Below, piece after piece: positions 39,192 to 50,645 of a stretch of 64,000 nucleotides of DNA; positions within the stretch are counted from its first letter, which is position 1; each line of letters starts with the position of its first letter. Made by a program: the position numbers and the translations under genes. Below the pieces are notes generated by a model. The model was not told the origin of the DNA. It ran no database searches and saw only the letters and a program-made list of their open reading frames with translations. The stretch lies in the NCBI RefSeq assembly GCF_963921235.1, contig NC_086097.1:19470001-19534000 (forward strand), given 5' to 3'. The DNA comes from Mobula hypostoma. Its lineage: Eukaryota.

Positions 39192-39273
39192 GGTAGCTGC
39201 CAGGATTCAAACCCATGTGAGGAAATCCCATTGGATCTCTAGTCCATTGCCTTAACCACTCAGAGACAAATAC
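39192..39273 (-). pseudogene. tRNA-Ser(AGA) pseudogene
   Basis: Reverse complement GTATTTGTCTCTGAGTGGTTAAGGCAATGGACTAGAGATCCAATGGGATTTCCTCACATGGGTTTGAATCCTGGCAGCTACC is 82 nt and colinear with vertebrate tRNA-Ser(AGA). Acceptor stem, D stem and TTC loop are mutated. Confidence 0.85.
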
Positions 39274-39704
39274 TGCCAAGACACTTCGATAACCTTACCA
39301 TGGGAAAATATTCTATCCACCCTGTCAATGCCTCTTACAATTTTATTTACCTCTATAAGTCACCACTCAGCCTCCTTCGCCCTAAGGAAAATGAGCCCAG
39401 ACTATTCAATCTCTCCCCATAACTAAAACCCTCCAATCCAGGCAACATTCTGGTGAATCTCCTCTGCACTCTCTCCAGCACAAACACATCTTTCCCTTAG
39501 TGTAGCATCTAGAACTGCATACAATTCCCCATGTTGTCTGGCCAATGTTTTCAAAGGTTGCAACATAGCATCCTGACTTTTACAAGTCAAGCTTGATAAC
39601 TTCCAACAAATACCTCCTTACTAACAGATTCCCATATTTTCCCAATTACAGATATGAGGTTAATTAATTTATGGTTTTCTGTTTCTCATTTCTCACATTT
39701 TTTG

Positions 39705-40730
39705 ACCAGTGCTGACAACTCCAATGCCATATTCAAGTTTGCTGATAACAGCACTGTCACAGACAGAACAAAAGGTGGTGATGAATCAACATATAGAAGG
39801 GAGAATGCAAATCTGCTGAGTGGTGCCACACAACAACCTCTTACTCAATATCAGCAAGACCAAGGAACTGATTATTGACTTCAGGAGGGTGAAACCAGAG
39901 GTCCATGAGCCAGTCCTCATCAAAGGATCAGAGATGGAGAGGGTCAGCAATTTTAAATTCCTCAAAGTTACTGTTTCGGATGACCTGCCCAGGTCTCAAC
40001 ATCTAAGTGTAATTATGAAGAAAGCACAGCAGCGCCTTCACTTCCTTAGAAGATTATGAAGACTTGGCATGACATCTAAAACTTTGACAAACTTCTTTAG
40101 GTGTGTGGTGGAGAACATACTGGCTGGCTGCATCACAGCCTGGTATGGAAACACCAATGCCTTGGAACAGAAAATCCTACAAAAACTTGTGGATACAGAC
40201 CAGCCCGCCATGGATAAAGCCCTCTCCACCACTGAGAACATCTACGCGAAACATTATCACAGGAAAAAAACATTCATCATCAGGGACCACCACCACCCAG
40301 GACATGCTCTCTTCTCAATGCTGCCATCAGGAAGAAGGTACAAGAGCCTCAGGACTCAGCACGAGGTTCAGGAACAGTTATTACCAAAAAACCATCAGGC
40401 TCTTGAACCAAAGGGGATAACTTCACTCAACTTCACTTCATTATTGAAATATTCCCAAAATCCATGGATGCACTTTCGAGACTGTTCATCTCAAGTTCTT
40501 GATATTTATTGCTTATTTATCTATTTTGTTACTTCTTTTTGTATTTGCACAGTTTGTTGTCTTTTGCAGACTGGTTGAACGACCAAGTTGGTGCAATCTT
40601 TTATTGATTCTATTATGGTTATTATTCTGTTATGAATGGATTGAGTATGCCTGCAATAAAATGAATCTCAGGGTTGTACATGGTGACATATATGTACTTT
40701 GATGATAAATTTACTTTGAACTTTGAACTC
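39705..40730 (+). mobile_element. Rex1/L2-like LINE 3' fragment
   Basis: IFKFADN, KTKELIIDFRR, KAQQRLHFLRRL, HPGHALFSMLPSGRRYKSL; (ACTTTGA)n tail. Confidence 0.88.
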
Positions 40731-41035
40731 TTATGATTTTCCAATCCTCTGGTACCCTCCAGAATTCAGGGACCTTCAATGGATTACAACCAATGTATTC
40801 ACCATCTCTGCAGACTGGAGTATGTAGAGTATTAGGTCCAGGGGTATGTTAGAACATAGAGTATAGCACAGGAACAGGCCCTTCAGCCCACAATGCCTGT
40901 GCTGAGCATGTTAAACTAAATCTTCTTACCCCTCCATATTCACCTGTCTGTCCAACAGTCTGTTAAACATCTCTATCATATCCGCTTGCATCTCTTTTAA
41001 TCATCTCCCTCTCAGTAAATGCACATCCTCTGGAG

Positions 41036-41115
41036 CAGGGGTTCTCCACCTTTCTTATGCCAAAGACACCTGTCATTAACGAAGACATCTCTGGACCCCA
41101 GGTTGGGAAACCCTG
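41036..41115. mobile_element. hAT-like mini-MITE (second copy)
   Basis: caggggttctccacct / aggttgggaaaccctg. Confidence 0.6.
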
Positions 41116-41865
41116 CCCCAGAATTCGACATTTTTAGTCTGAGGAAAAGACTGTCTACCCTATCATAATTGTATAAACTTCCATTATTTCCCTTCTCAGC
41201 TTTTGACGCTCCAGAAAAATCCACCTTAGTTTGTTCAACGCCTCCTTATTGCTCATACCTTCTAATCCAGGCAGCATCCTCATAAACCTCCAATGAAGAA
41301 GTACCAAAGCCTCCACATCCTTCCTCTAATGGGGCGGCCAGAATTGCACACAATACTCCAAGAGCAGCATAACCAAAGTTTAGTTCTGAGATCACCCATT
41401 TAGAAGCCGCGTACTGTAAGTGTTCATGCTAGAACTAGTGGTCATGGGTTAAGGGTGAAAGGTGAAATGTTTAAGGGGAACATGAGGGGGAACGTCTTCA
41501 CTCAGAAGGCAATGACAGTGTAGAACGAGCTGCCAGTGGTAGTGGATGCAGGTTTGATTTCAACATTGAAGAGAAGTTTGGATAGGTACCTGGAGGCTCA
41601 TAGGCCAATCGTGAGATGATGGGATTAGGCAGAATAACAGTTCAGAATGGACTAAAGGGGCTGAAGAACCTGTTTCTGTGTTGTAGTGTCCTATGACTCT
41701 AAGTGCTACAAAAACAATGTAGGGTGTTCTTGATGTGACAATTGCACTATGTTTCTACAAGGACTATTATTGTGGTCCCTTCCACCAATGTTATCTGCTA
41801 TGGATGATGCCAGGAGGGCTTGAGATAGACTTGATACATGTGACAAATAATCTAATCTAGTCTAA

Positions 41866-42250
41866 ATCCTGATGAAAGGTCTCAGCCCAAAACGGTGACT
41901 ATTTATTTCCCCCTGTAGATGCTACCTGACCGACTGTTCCACCAGCATTTTGGGTGTGTTGCTCTAGATTTCCAGCATCTGCAAACTTCTTTGGCTTCTA
42001 ATCTAGTGTACTGAAAAAGGAAAGCTCCTTGAGAAGGATGAATCACTTGTGGATAAATAAGGAAGTTAAAAATAGAATCAAATGGAAAGAAAATGCACAG
42101 AATAGAAGCACAAGACACTCTGCAGATGCTGGAAATCCAGAGCAACTCACAAAATCCTGGAGGAACTCAGCAGGTCAGGCAGCATCTATGGAAATGAGTA
42201 AACTGGGGATGTTTCAGGCTGAGACTCTTCACTAGGACTGGAAAAGAAGA
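41866..42250. mobile_element. Two Penelope-like terminal repeats, tail-to-tail (plus 41866-41990, minus 42110-42250), degenerate hammerheads
   Basis: tcctgatgaaaggtctcagcccaaaacg and gtttcaggctgagactcttcactaggactg. Confidence 0.75.
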
Positions 42251-43531
42251 AGAATGTTGTTGAGATTAATGGTGGGACAGAGGATTGGAAAACATTTAGA
42301 AACCAACAAACAATGACTCAGCAGGTCAGGTGGCTGTTTTTCCTCCCACGGATGTGGCTGACTTCTTGAGTGTTTCCAACATTTTCTGGGTTTTTTCCAC
42401 TTTAAAGCTCATGATCTCTTTGGCTGTCCAAATGCAGGATTTTCAGAATCATAACCAGGTTTAGTATCTCTACTGTCGTGATGCTACCTGAGGGTGGTGC
42501 TGGAGTCTTGGATCCTGGACAAGGTTTAATTGACACGGATTGTGGACTCTGTAGTTCATGTTATGATGTGTTTCTGGTTTCTGGTTGCTCCTTTTATGTT
42601 GCTATTCTGCGTAATTTTGATTGAGGTGGACTGACTCTGGGGCCTACAGTCAACGAACAACACAGGCTAGGTTAAGCTGAATTGAACAAAACTGGACATT
42701 CCTGGACTGTTTCGATGAATTTGTAGTTTGATGTTATATATTCCGTGTTTTCCGCTCTCATTTTTTTACCATTTGCATGATTTATTCTTTTTTTTATGCC
42801 TTTGGCGTTTGTTGATTTTCTTTGATTGGGTTCCACAGTATTTCTTAATATCATGACTGTCGGCAGAAAAATGAATCTCACTGCATTCATACTTTGATAA
42901 TAAATGTACTTTGAACCTTTGCGATTTGTTGTTTTGCAGCAGTATTGTGAAATACACAAAGATATTATGAATTACAATAAGAAATACCAATATATATAAA
43001 AGAAAATTAAATTAACGCAGAAAGAGAAGAAGAAGAGCACTTCTACAGTGAAGATTTCTCAAAGGACAGGTGTTGGTTAAGGAGTTAACTTACTTCACAT
43101 CTGATTCTTTTTTCCATGTCTAGTTGTGAAGAAGTAATGCAGCACATAATAAAATTGGATTGAATTCAAATTCAATTCCTAATCATCAGCATTGTTGCAG
43201 ATATGCTGAGAGCATCCCTTTATCTCCCGGCTCTTCCACTCTACTGTCTGCAGGTTTTTTGCTTGAAGAAAATATATTCCAGACAGTGAATAATTCAAGC
43301 AGTAGATCAGTACAGATTTGGAAAGCCAGACTTCTTTACAGCTGTGGTTTCAATGTGATAGGACAGCAGATGATGTCTCCAAATTGTTTCTTTGAGTACA
43401 TCGACATGAAGCACTGTCACAGGAGAGCAGCATCCACCAATGTCAACAATAGAGCTGGTCATTGACTTCAGGAGGGGTTCACATGCTCCTGTCTACATGA
43501 ACGGTTTTGAGGTTGAAAGATTCAAGCCATA

Positions 43532-43695
43532 GACACAAGAGATTCTGCAGATGCTCGAAATCCAGAATAACACACGAAAAACTGAGCAGAACAGACAGCA
43601 TCTATGGAAAAAAGTAAGCAGTCGACGTCTCAGGTCGAGTCTTGATGCAGGGTCTTGGCCCAAAATGTCGACTGTTTATTCCTCTCCATAGATGT
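43532..43695. mobile_element. Older fold-back Penelope-like mini-element
   Basis: catctatgga..cagtcgacgtctcagg | tcttgatgcagggtcttggcccaaaatgtcgactg..ccatagatg (inverted arms). Confidence 0.7.
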
Positions 43696-43892
43696 GAGTG
43701 TTACCGAGAGCCCCAGGTCCCCAAGAGTGCACATCACCGGCAGTAAGTCCTAGTCCATCTATGAAGATGCCAGGGCCAAGATGGCACACCAACACCTCTA
43801 CTTCCTCAGAAGGCTAAGGAAATTTGGCATGTCCCCGTTGACCTTCACCAGTTTTTATTGATGCCCCATCCTATCTGGATGCATAACAGCTT

Positions 43893-44045
43893 AGACAACA
43901 CACATCAAAGTTGCTGGTGAACGCAGCTGGCCAGGCAGCATCTCTAGGAAGAGGTACAGTCGACGTTTCAGGACGAGACCCTTAGTCCAACACAACTTTG
44001 ATGTGTGTTGCTTGAATTTCCAGCATCTGCAGAATTCCTCTTGTT
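43893..44045. mobile_element. Fold-back Penelope-like mini-element with 13-bp TSD
   Basis: TSD TGCATAACAGCTT at 43880-43892 and 44046-44058; arms caacacacatcaaagttg / caactttgatgtgtgttg. Inserted in a Rex1/L2-like LINE (about 43440-44540). Confidence 0.88.
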
Positions 44046-44586
44046 TGCATAACAGCTTGGTTTGTTAACCGTCCTGGACACGACCACAAGAAACTGCAGA
44101 GAGCTGTCATCACATCACAGAAATCCGCTTCTCCTCTATGAACTCTGGCTTTACTTCTCACTGGCTCAGTAAAGCAGCCAGCATAATCAAAGGCCCACCC
44201 ACCCTGGACATCCTCCCTTCTCCCCTCTCCCATCAAACAAAAGATACAGAAGCCTGAAAGCATGTACTGTTCGGCTAAAGGTCGGCTTCTGTCCCACTGC
44301 TATCAGACTCCTGAAAGCATCTCTTGTGCAGCAAGCTGGGCTCCTGGCCTCACAATGTACCTCACTGTGAAGTTGCACTATTGTTGACTTACACTTCACT
44401 TTCTCTGTAGCTTTCACACTTTATTCTGCATTGTTGCTGTCTTAGCTTAATGCACGATGTAATGGGTTTGATCTGTATGAACAATATGCAAGACAAGCTT
44501 TTCACTGTATCTTGGTGTACGTGACGATAATAAACCAGTACCACAACTGAAGACAGGATGATTATTTATATTACACTCACGAATAT

Positions 44587-44795
44587 TGGCCAGGACATGA
44601 GGGGATCATGTCCTAATCCTCCGTAGAGCACTGTGATCCTTGTTCACCAACCCGGTGGAGCAGATAAGGATTTGTTTTAAAGTTTGACCCAAGGCACTCC
44701 CTCGGCACAGGACTAAAGTGCCATAGAATCGTGACTTAAATTCTCTGAATACACTCTGAATGCAGAGCCCGTAACTCAAGAGGCAAGATGGTCAA
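44587..44795 (-). mobile_element. Ancient Deu-domain-like SINE (SacSINE1/AmnSINE type), highly diverged
   Basis: ggccaggaca...gcactccctcggcacaggactaaagtg...actcaagaggcaag resembles the reverse complement of the DeuSINE body. Recalled from memory, not aligned. Confidence 0.45.
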
Positions 44796-44999
44796 ATCAA
44801 TCGTGAAATGTGCAAAGGGCATTGAAGGGAGGTAACAGGTCACAGATAGGAAACAGCATTACCAGGAGGAGAGAGGATTTTTGGATTTTTCTTTTCCATA
44901 TCACATAATCTGTTGATAAAGATCTTCAAACTTTCAGTAATGGACCACATTCCTAGCATAAAAGCACTGTAATGACATGAATGTTTGATGTGATAACTG

Positions 45000-46319
45000 C
45001 TGAACAGAGCCTACTCCCGTCTGGATAAGCAAGCAGCACTGTGGGAATCGTGTTTTTTGACTTCTCAAGTACCATACAGCCCTCATTGCTGGGGGAGAAG
45101 CTCCATTCAATGCAGGTTGGCAATTCCATTGTATCCTGGATAATGGACCACCTGACTGGCAGACCACAGTTTGTGCGGCTTCAGGGCTGTGTGTCAGACA
45201 TGCTGCAAGCAGCACTGGGGCCCCACAGGGGACGGTATTGGCTCCCTTCCTGTTTACCCCATTTACCTCAGAGTTTAGATACAACACTGAGTCATGTCAT
45301 CTTCAGAAATTCTCTGTTGACTCAGCAATAGTTGGGTGTATCAAGGAGGAACAGGACGATGAACACAGGGCCCTGGGGACTTTGTCAAATGATGCAAGCT
45401 GAATCATCTGCAGCTCAACATCAGTAAGACAAAGGAGATGGTGATGGACTTTAGGAAGTTAAGCCAGCGTTGCTCCCTGTTACTATTGATGGTGAGGAAG
45501 TGGATGTGATGAGGACCTACAAGTACCTGAGAGTGCACATGGACAACAGATTGGAGTGGAGCACCAACACAGGAGCTGTGTACAAGAAAGGCCAGAATTA
45601 CCTCTGCTTTCTGAGGAGACTGAGGTCCTTTGGAGTATGCAGTCCTCTCCTTCACATGTTCTACCAATCTTTTGTTGACACTACAATCTTCTATGGGGTG
45701 GTGTGCTAGGGAAATGGTGTCAACAAGATAGATGCCAACAGGCTCAATAAACTGATTAGGACGGTTGGGTCTGTTATAGGAGTTGAAGTGGACACACTGG
45801 AGGCTGTATGAGAACAAAGAAAATCTTAGCAATTCTGGACAATGTTTCTCACCCTCTGCATACCACCTTGGCTGAACAGAGGAGCACTTTGACTAAGACA
45901 GCTGTGCTGCTCCAAAGAGCGATATATGAGGTCATTCTTACCCTCAGCCATTAGGCTCTATAATGAGTCAACCTACAACCGGAGAAATGATGACCCCTCC
46001 TGTTAGACTGTTGTTAACCTCTGTTTACCAGAGCTCTGTTTAGCTCTGTTTACCACACCCTACTATCACGAATACCCTGTTCAATACTGTGCAATAAAAC
46101 CATCACTTCTTATCTGGACAGCGTGAATGTGCATCCGTTGCTATATAATATTACGGTAATTCTTGATTTACCATCTTATCAGTGTGAACTTGGAAACCTC
46201 AAAGTGTGGAAATATATGTATGAAAAACCAAGCTTCCTTAAGTCTAGGGGTAAAAAGATACAGTCTTACGATGATGAGTAAAGTTCAGTTCAGTTGAGTT
46301 TGTGGTATTGAGTTGAGTA

Positions 46320-46359
<40 letters not shown>

Positions 46360-47130
46360 AGTCTTCAGGTGAGCTGACACCATCGATCTTCTCGTTGTCC
46401 TTCGAAATCCTTTAAAAGTCACCGACTGTGACTTTAACAAAGGGGACCGGTTTTCTGTGGTGGAGCTATCCCCCAGGTGAGGGTGGACACATGGACAACT
46501 CCCCACCAGTCAACCCTTTTCATCATTCCACTGCAAGAGCGATGGATTGATCCGCCTGATCGATCCTCCAAAACCTACTTTTCCTGCAGGCACAACAATG
46601 CTCATTCAGTGTCCAGAACATGGGTCTGAGGTCTATATCATCTGACCTCCTATTTTATCTTCCCATACTGAGCATCAATTGTCACTCAAATAACTCCTCC
46701 TTCCTCCCTCTGTGAAGAAATGCAAGCAGGCAAAAAGTCCTTGAAGAAGTATCAACAACCTGCCAAAAATCATAACATCAATTGTCCATTTAATAACACC
46801 GTTGGTCACCACAGCAACTTACGAGCTGCTCACTGCTATCTCCACTTCAGCAGAAATCCAACAGTTAACCAGTTCTTTCTCATTCCTTAAAGTGACAGTC
46901 CCACAGTTAGTCTTCATCTCTCTCTCTCTTTTACAAACAAGTCAGTGTTAAATAACTCTCTCTCTCTTTTCAAAACAACAGTTCATAGGGGTAATTCAGG
47001 ATCCCATCACAAAGGTAACTTATTTTTTTATTCTTCTTACTTTTCTTCTAATATTTGTACATCTGTGAATTTGTAATGCTACTGTGACACTGTAATTTCC
47101 TTTGGAATCAATAAAGTATCTATTTATACT
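45000..47130 (+). mobile_element. Rex1/Babar-like LINE 3' part, interrupted at about 46012-47011
   Basis: FFDFSSTIQP..WIMDHLTGRPQFV, YKYLRVHMDNRLEWS; the 3' UTR resumes at 47012 (aggtaactt..tttggaatcaataaagtatctat). Confidence 0.85.
46203..47011. mobile_element. Truncated copy of the 32857-33758 LTR
   Basis: Highly similar from aagtgtggaaatatatgtatg to caggatcccatcaca. Confidence 0.9.
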
Positions 47131-47185
47131 GTTGGACCTCCAAAGAACGAACAGGCATAAGAGTCTGGCTTGAATGTGGCTAGCA

Positions 47186-47448
47186 CCAATGGATTCAACA
47201 AATGGAGACACCAATCATTCACCAAAAGGATCTAAGCCTTGGTGACACCCATCATTCACCCAATGGATCCAACCCCTGGTGACACCCATCATCAGTCACC
47301 CAATGGATCCAACCCCTGGTGACACCCATCATTCACCCAATAGATCCAACACCTGGTGACACCCATCATTCACCAAAAGGATCTAAGCCTTGGTGACACC
47401 CATCAGTCACCCAATGGATCCAACCCCTGGTGATACCCATCATTCACT
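47186..47448. repeat. Minisatellite, 37-bp unit, about 7 copies
   Basis: TGGTGACACCCATCATTCACCCAATGGATCCAACCCC, alternating with a variant ending CAAAAGGATCTAAGCCT. Confidence 0.92.
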
Positions 47449-47736
47449 AGTTGAGGGGTAAGGGCAGAAGCCGGACAGTTTTTCAAAGTTCCACCGAACC
47501 TCCTTCCTGTTGTGTTTCTGAGATTCTCGTTTCCTCCATCCACCCACCCTCTTACAACTCCCTCTCTCTGTATCAGCACTCATCCCATTCCCTCAATTCT
47601 TCACCCCAGTTCTTACCCCATCCTTAAAATTCCTGTCCCTTAGCCTCAGCTCTTCGACAGGAGATGGGAAACTTTCCCACTTCTTCCCTCCCATATTCCA
47701 CCTGAGCATACTGTCCATATGCAACATGAGCAAAAA

Positions 47737-47812
47737 CACTCACTGGCCACTTTATTAGATACACCTGTACACCTACTCGTTATTGCAAATATCTAATTAG
47801 TCAACTGTGTGA
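47737..47812 (+). mobile_element. Tc1-like TIR fragment
   Basis: cactcactggccactttattagatacacctg resembles fish Tc1 termini (CACTCACCGGCCACTTTATTAGGTACAC). Confidence 0.65.
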
Positions 47813-48001
47813 TACACTACATTCATGCACTCAGTATTATTTATTTATTGTTATTATTAATTGTTTTTGTTTTTATTGTTTTGGGACAATTTGGCTACTT
47901 TTGCACATTGCTTGTTCGTCCATCTTTCTTTCTGTGTAGATTTCCATTGATTCTATTGTATTTCTTTGCTCTACTGTGAATGCCTGCAAGAAAATGAATC
48001 T

Positions 48002-48239
48002 CACATCAAAGTTACTGGTGAACGCAGCAGTCCAGGCAGCATCTACTGGAAGAGGTACAGTCAACGTTTCTGATTAATCTCTTACTATCTCTTCTTTCAG
48101 TTAGTCCTGACGAAGGGTCTCGGCCTGAAACGTCGACTGTAGCTCTTCCTAGAGATGCTGCCTGGCCTGCTGCGTTCACCAGCAACTCTTATGTGTGTTG
48201 CTTGAAATTCCAGCATCTGCAGATTTCCTCCTGTTTGCG
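48002..48239 (+). mobile_element. Penelope-like mini-element with inverted 5' arm and 13-bp TSD
   Basis: TSD AGAAAATGAATCT at 47989-48001 and 48240-48252; inverted arm 48002-48070. Confidence 0.9.
48103..48138 (+). ncRNA. Minimal type I hammerhead ribozyme motif (intact core)
   Basis: agtc-CTGACGA-agggtctcggcct-GAAAC-GTC-gact. Confidence 0.85.
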
Positions 48240-48507
48240 AGAAAATGAATCTGATATGTTGACATACATGTATTTTGATAACAGATTTACTTTGAACGTT
48301 GACATTGTGAAGAAAAGCTCTGTAGGCCTCTATATTGCCGCACGTTGTCCTCGGTGATTCAGTACAGTTGAGGACTGGTTATTGAGAGCGAATGCTCGTA
48401 GGTGCCTGGAGGTCACATAGTTCTTCCAAAGCACCATCTTTTCAACCACCCTCCTGCCTCTTCTCACAGAACTTACGGCACAAAAGAAGACTCAATCAGA
48501 TAACTAT

Positions 48508-49135
48508 AAACACAAGATTCTGCAAAGCTCGGTTAACACACCCAAAATGCTGGAGGAACCCAGCAGGTCAGGGAGCGTCCCTGAATAAACAGTCAGTGTT
48601 TCAAGCCGTGCCCAGAACTGGAAAGGAAGGATGCAGAAGCCAGAATAAGAAGGTGGGGAGAGGAGAAGAAGTAAAAGAAGGTGAGGGGAAAGACAGGCTG
48701 ATGGGTAACAGGGGTTGAAGTGATAATTTAGGAGGTGATAGTCCCCATTCAGTCTCCACTCTCACCCCTTCTCTTGTCCTCACCTGCCTTTCACCTCCCT
48801 CTGGTTCTCCTCCTCTTTCTCTTTCTCCCATGGTCCACTCTCCCCTCCTATCAGATTTCTTCTTCTTCAGCCCTTTATCTTTTCCACAAATCACCACCCA
48901 GCTTCTTACTTCATCCTGCTCTCCCCCACCCACCAAACTTCCCCCTCATCTGGACTCATCTATCACCCACCAGCTTGTAGTCCTTCACCCTCACCTCACC
49001 TCCTTATTCTGGCCTGTTCCCCCTTCCTTTCCGGTCCTAATGAAGCATCTCAGCCCAAAACGTCGACTGTTTTATTCTTCTCCATAGACACCGCCTGACG
49101 TGCTGAGTTCCTCCATCATTGTGTGTGTGAGTGTT
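48508..49135. mobile_element. Older inverted pair of Penelope-like ends
   Basis: Minus arm 48508-48720; plus arm 48740-49135 with ggtcctaatgaagcatctcagcccaaaacgtcgactg. Confidence 0.75.
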
Positions 49136-49687
49136 GCAGAGTTGCACCACGTGTATGCAGGAGAAAACCCCCTTTTGTGTGGAACAGAGCCAGAGCCAGC
49201 CACAGAGAGAATCAGAGTGACTAACGGTGGATGGTGTCCACTGACACAATTAATCATATTGAACTGCCGGACCCTATCAGCACTGCCAGCCTCTTGGGAT
49301 TGTAATCTTGAAAATAGATCCAAGCTGCAATCTGAAATGGAATCACTTGCTAATTTAGCTTCCACAGTTTAAGCTATTGGAATTGCTTATCGGGTTTCCC
49401 CATGTGCTGGGCTATCATGATAGCTAGGGTGTACAAACTTTGCCACATCACAAAAAATGAAACCTTCTCCTTTATTATTACACTGGGATTGTAAACTTTG
49501 AAGACCACACCTGCAGGTTCCTATGAGGGCACATTCAATTCTCTGTACCTTTTTATCATCAAGTGCGTTTGTGAGTGTGTGTATGTTTGTTTCAGTTTGT
49601 GTGTACGCATGTACTGTACAGTATACATGTGAGTGTGTGCGTATGTGTGTACTTTAGTGTGTGTGTGAAAAAAGGCAGACTATTCTA

Positions 49688-49980
49688 TACACAAGAGATT
49701 CAGCAGGTGTTGGAAATCCAGAGTAACACACTCAAAATGTTGGTGGAACTCAGCAGGTCAGGCAGCATCTATGAAAAGGAATAGGGAGTCAACGTTTTGG
49801 GCCAAGACCCTTCATCTGGACTGCTCTAGGTAACACACACAAAATGCTGGAGGAACTCAGCAGGCCAGGCACCATCTATGGAAAAAAGTACAGTCGACAT
49901 TTTGGCCTGAAACCCTTCAGCAGGACTGAAGAAATAAAGCTGAGGAGTAGATTTGAAAGGTTGGGGTGGGGGGGGGAAGG
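49688..49980 (-). mobile_element. Tandem direct pair of Penelope-like terminal repeats with two degenerate hammerheads
   Basis: agtcaacgttttgggccaagacccttcatctggactg (49787-49823) and cagtcgacattttggcctgaaacccttcagcaggactg (49891-49928). Confidence 0.8.
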
Positions 49981-50069
49981 CATTTAGATCATATTTGTTT
50001 GAGATTGTTAAATTTACAGCAGTGTGATAGATTGGTCCCAGACGAGTACAGATAGAGTAAGTCTCTGGC

Positions 50070-50645
50070 TCAGATGGTTTTTGATTGGTTATGGCTAAAT
50101 TCAGGTCAGATTGGGTTTGGCTGTGGTTAGGTTTGGATCAAGGTGGGGTTGTCCGTGGATTCATGTCAGGTTTTGATTGGTAGTGGTTGGGTTGGTTTGA
50201 GATGAAATTGACTATGGTTGGATGCAGATATGGTTGGGATTGATTGTGGTTAGGTTTGGCTGAGTTGGGATTGGCTGTAATTGGGTTTAGGTGGAGGCTT
50301 GGATTGGCCTTGGTTGGGCTTGGGTCAAGTTGGGATTGGCCATGATTGGTTTCACGTCAGGTTTGGATTGGTTGTGGTTGGGCTTGGGTCAAGTTGGGAT
50401 TGGCTATGATTGGTTTCAGGTCAGGTTTGGATTGGTTGTGGTGGGACTTGGGCCAAGTTGGGATTGGCCATGATCGGTTTCAGGTCAGGTTTGGAGTGGT
50501 TGTGGTTGGGCTCATGTAAGGTTTAGATTGGTTGTGGGTGGGCTTAGGTCAAGTTGGGATTGGCCATGATTGGTTTCAGGTCAGGTTTTGAATGGTTGTG
50601 GTTGGGCTCATGTGAGGTTAGGATTGGCTGTGGTTGAATTCAGGA
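50070..50645. repeat. GT-rich minisatellite, 32-bp subunits forming a 64-bp higher-order unit
   Basis: tgggtcaagttgggattggc recurs at 50321, 50385 and 50449. Confidence 0.85.

Noticed and set aside
47186..47448. 37-bp repeat array resembling CRISPR
   Set aside because: Units are contiguous with no unique spacers, and the context is eukaryotic; it is a minisatellite.
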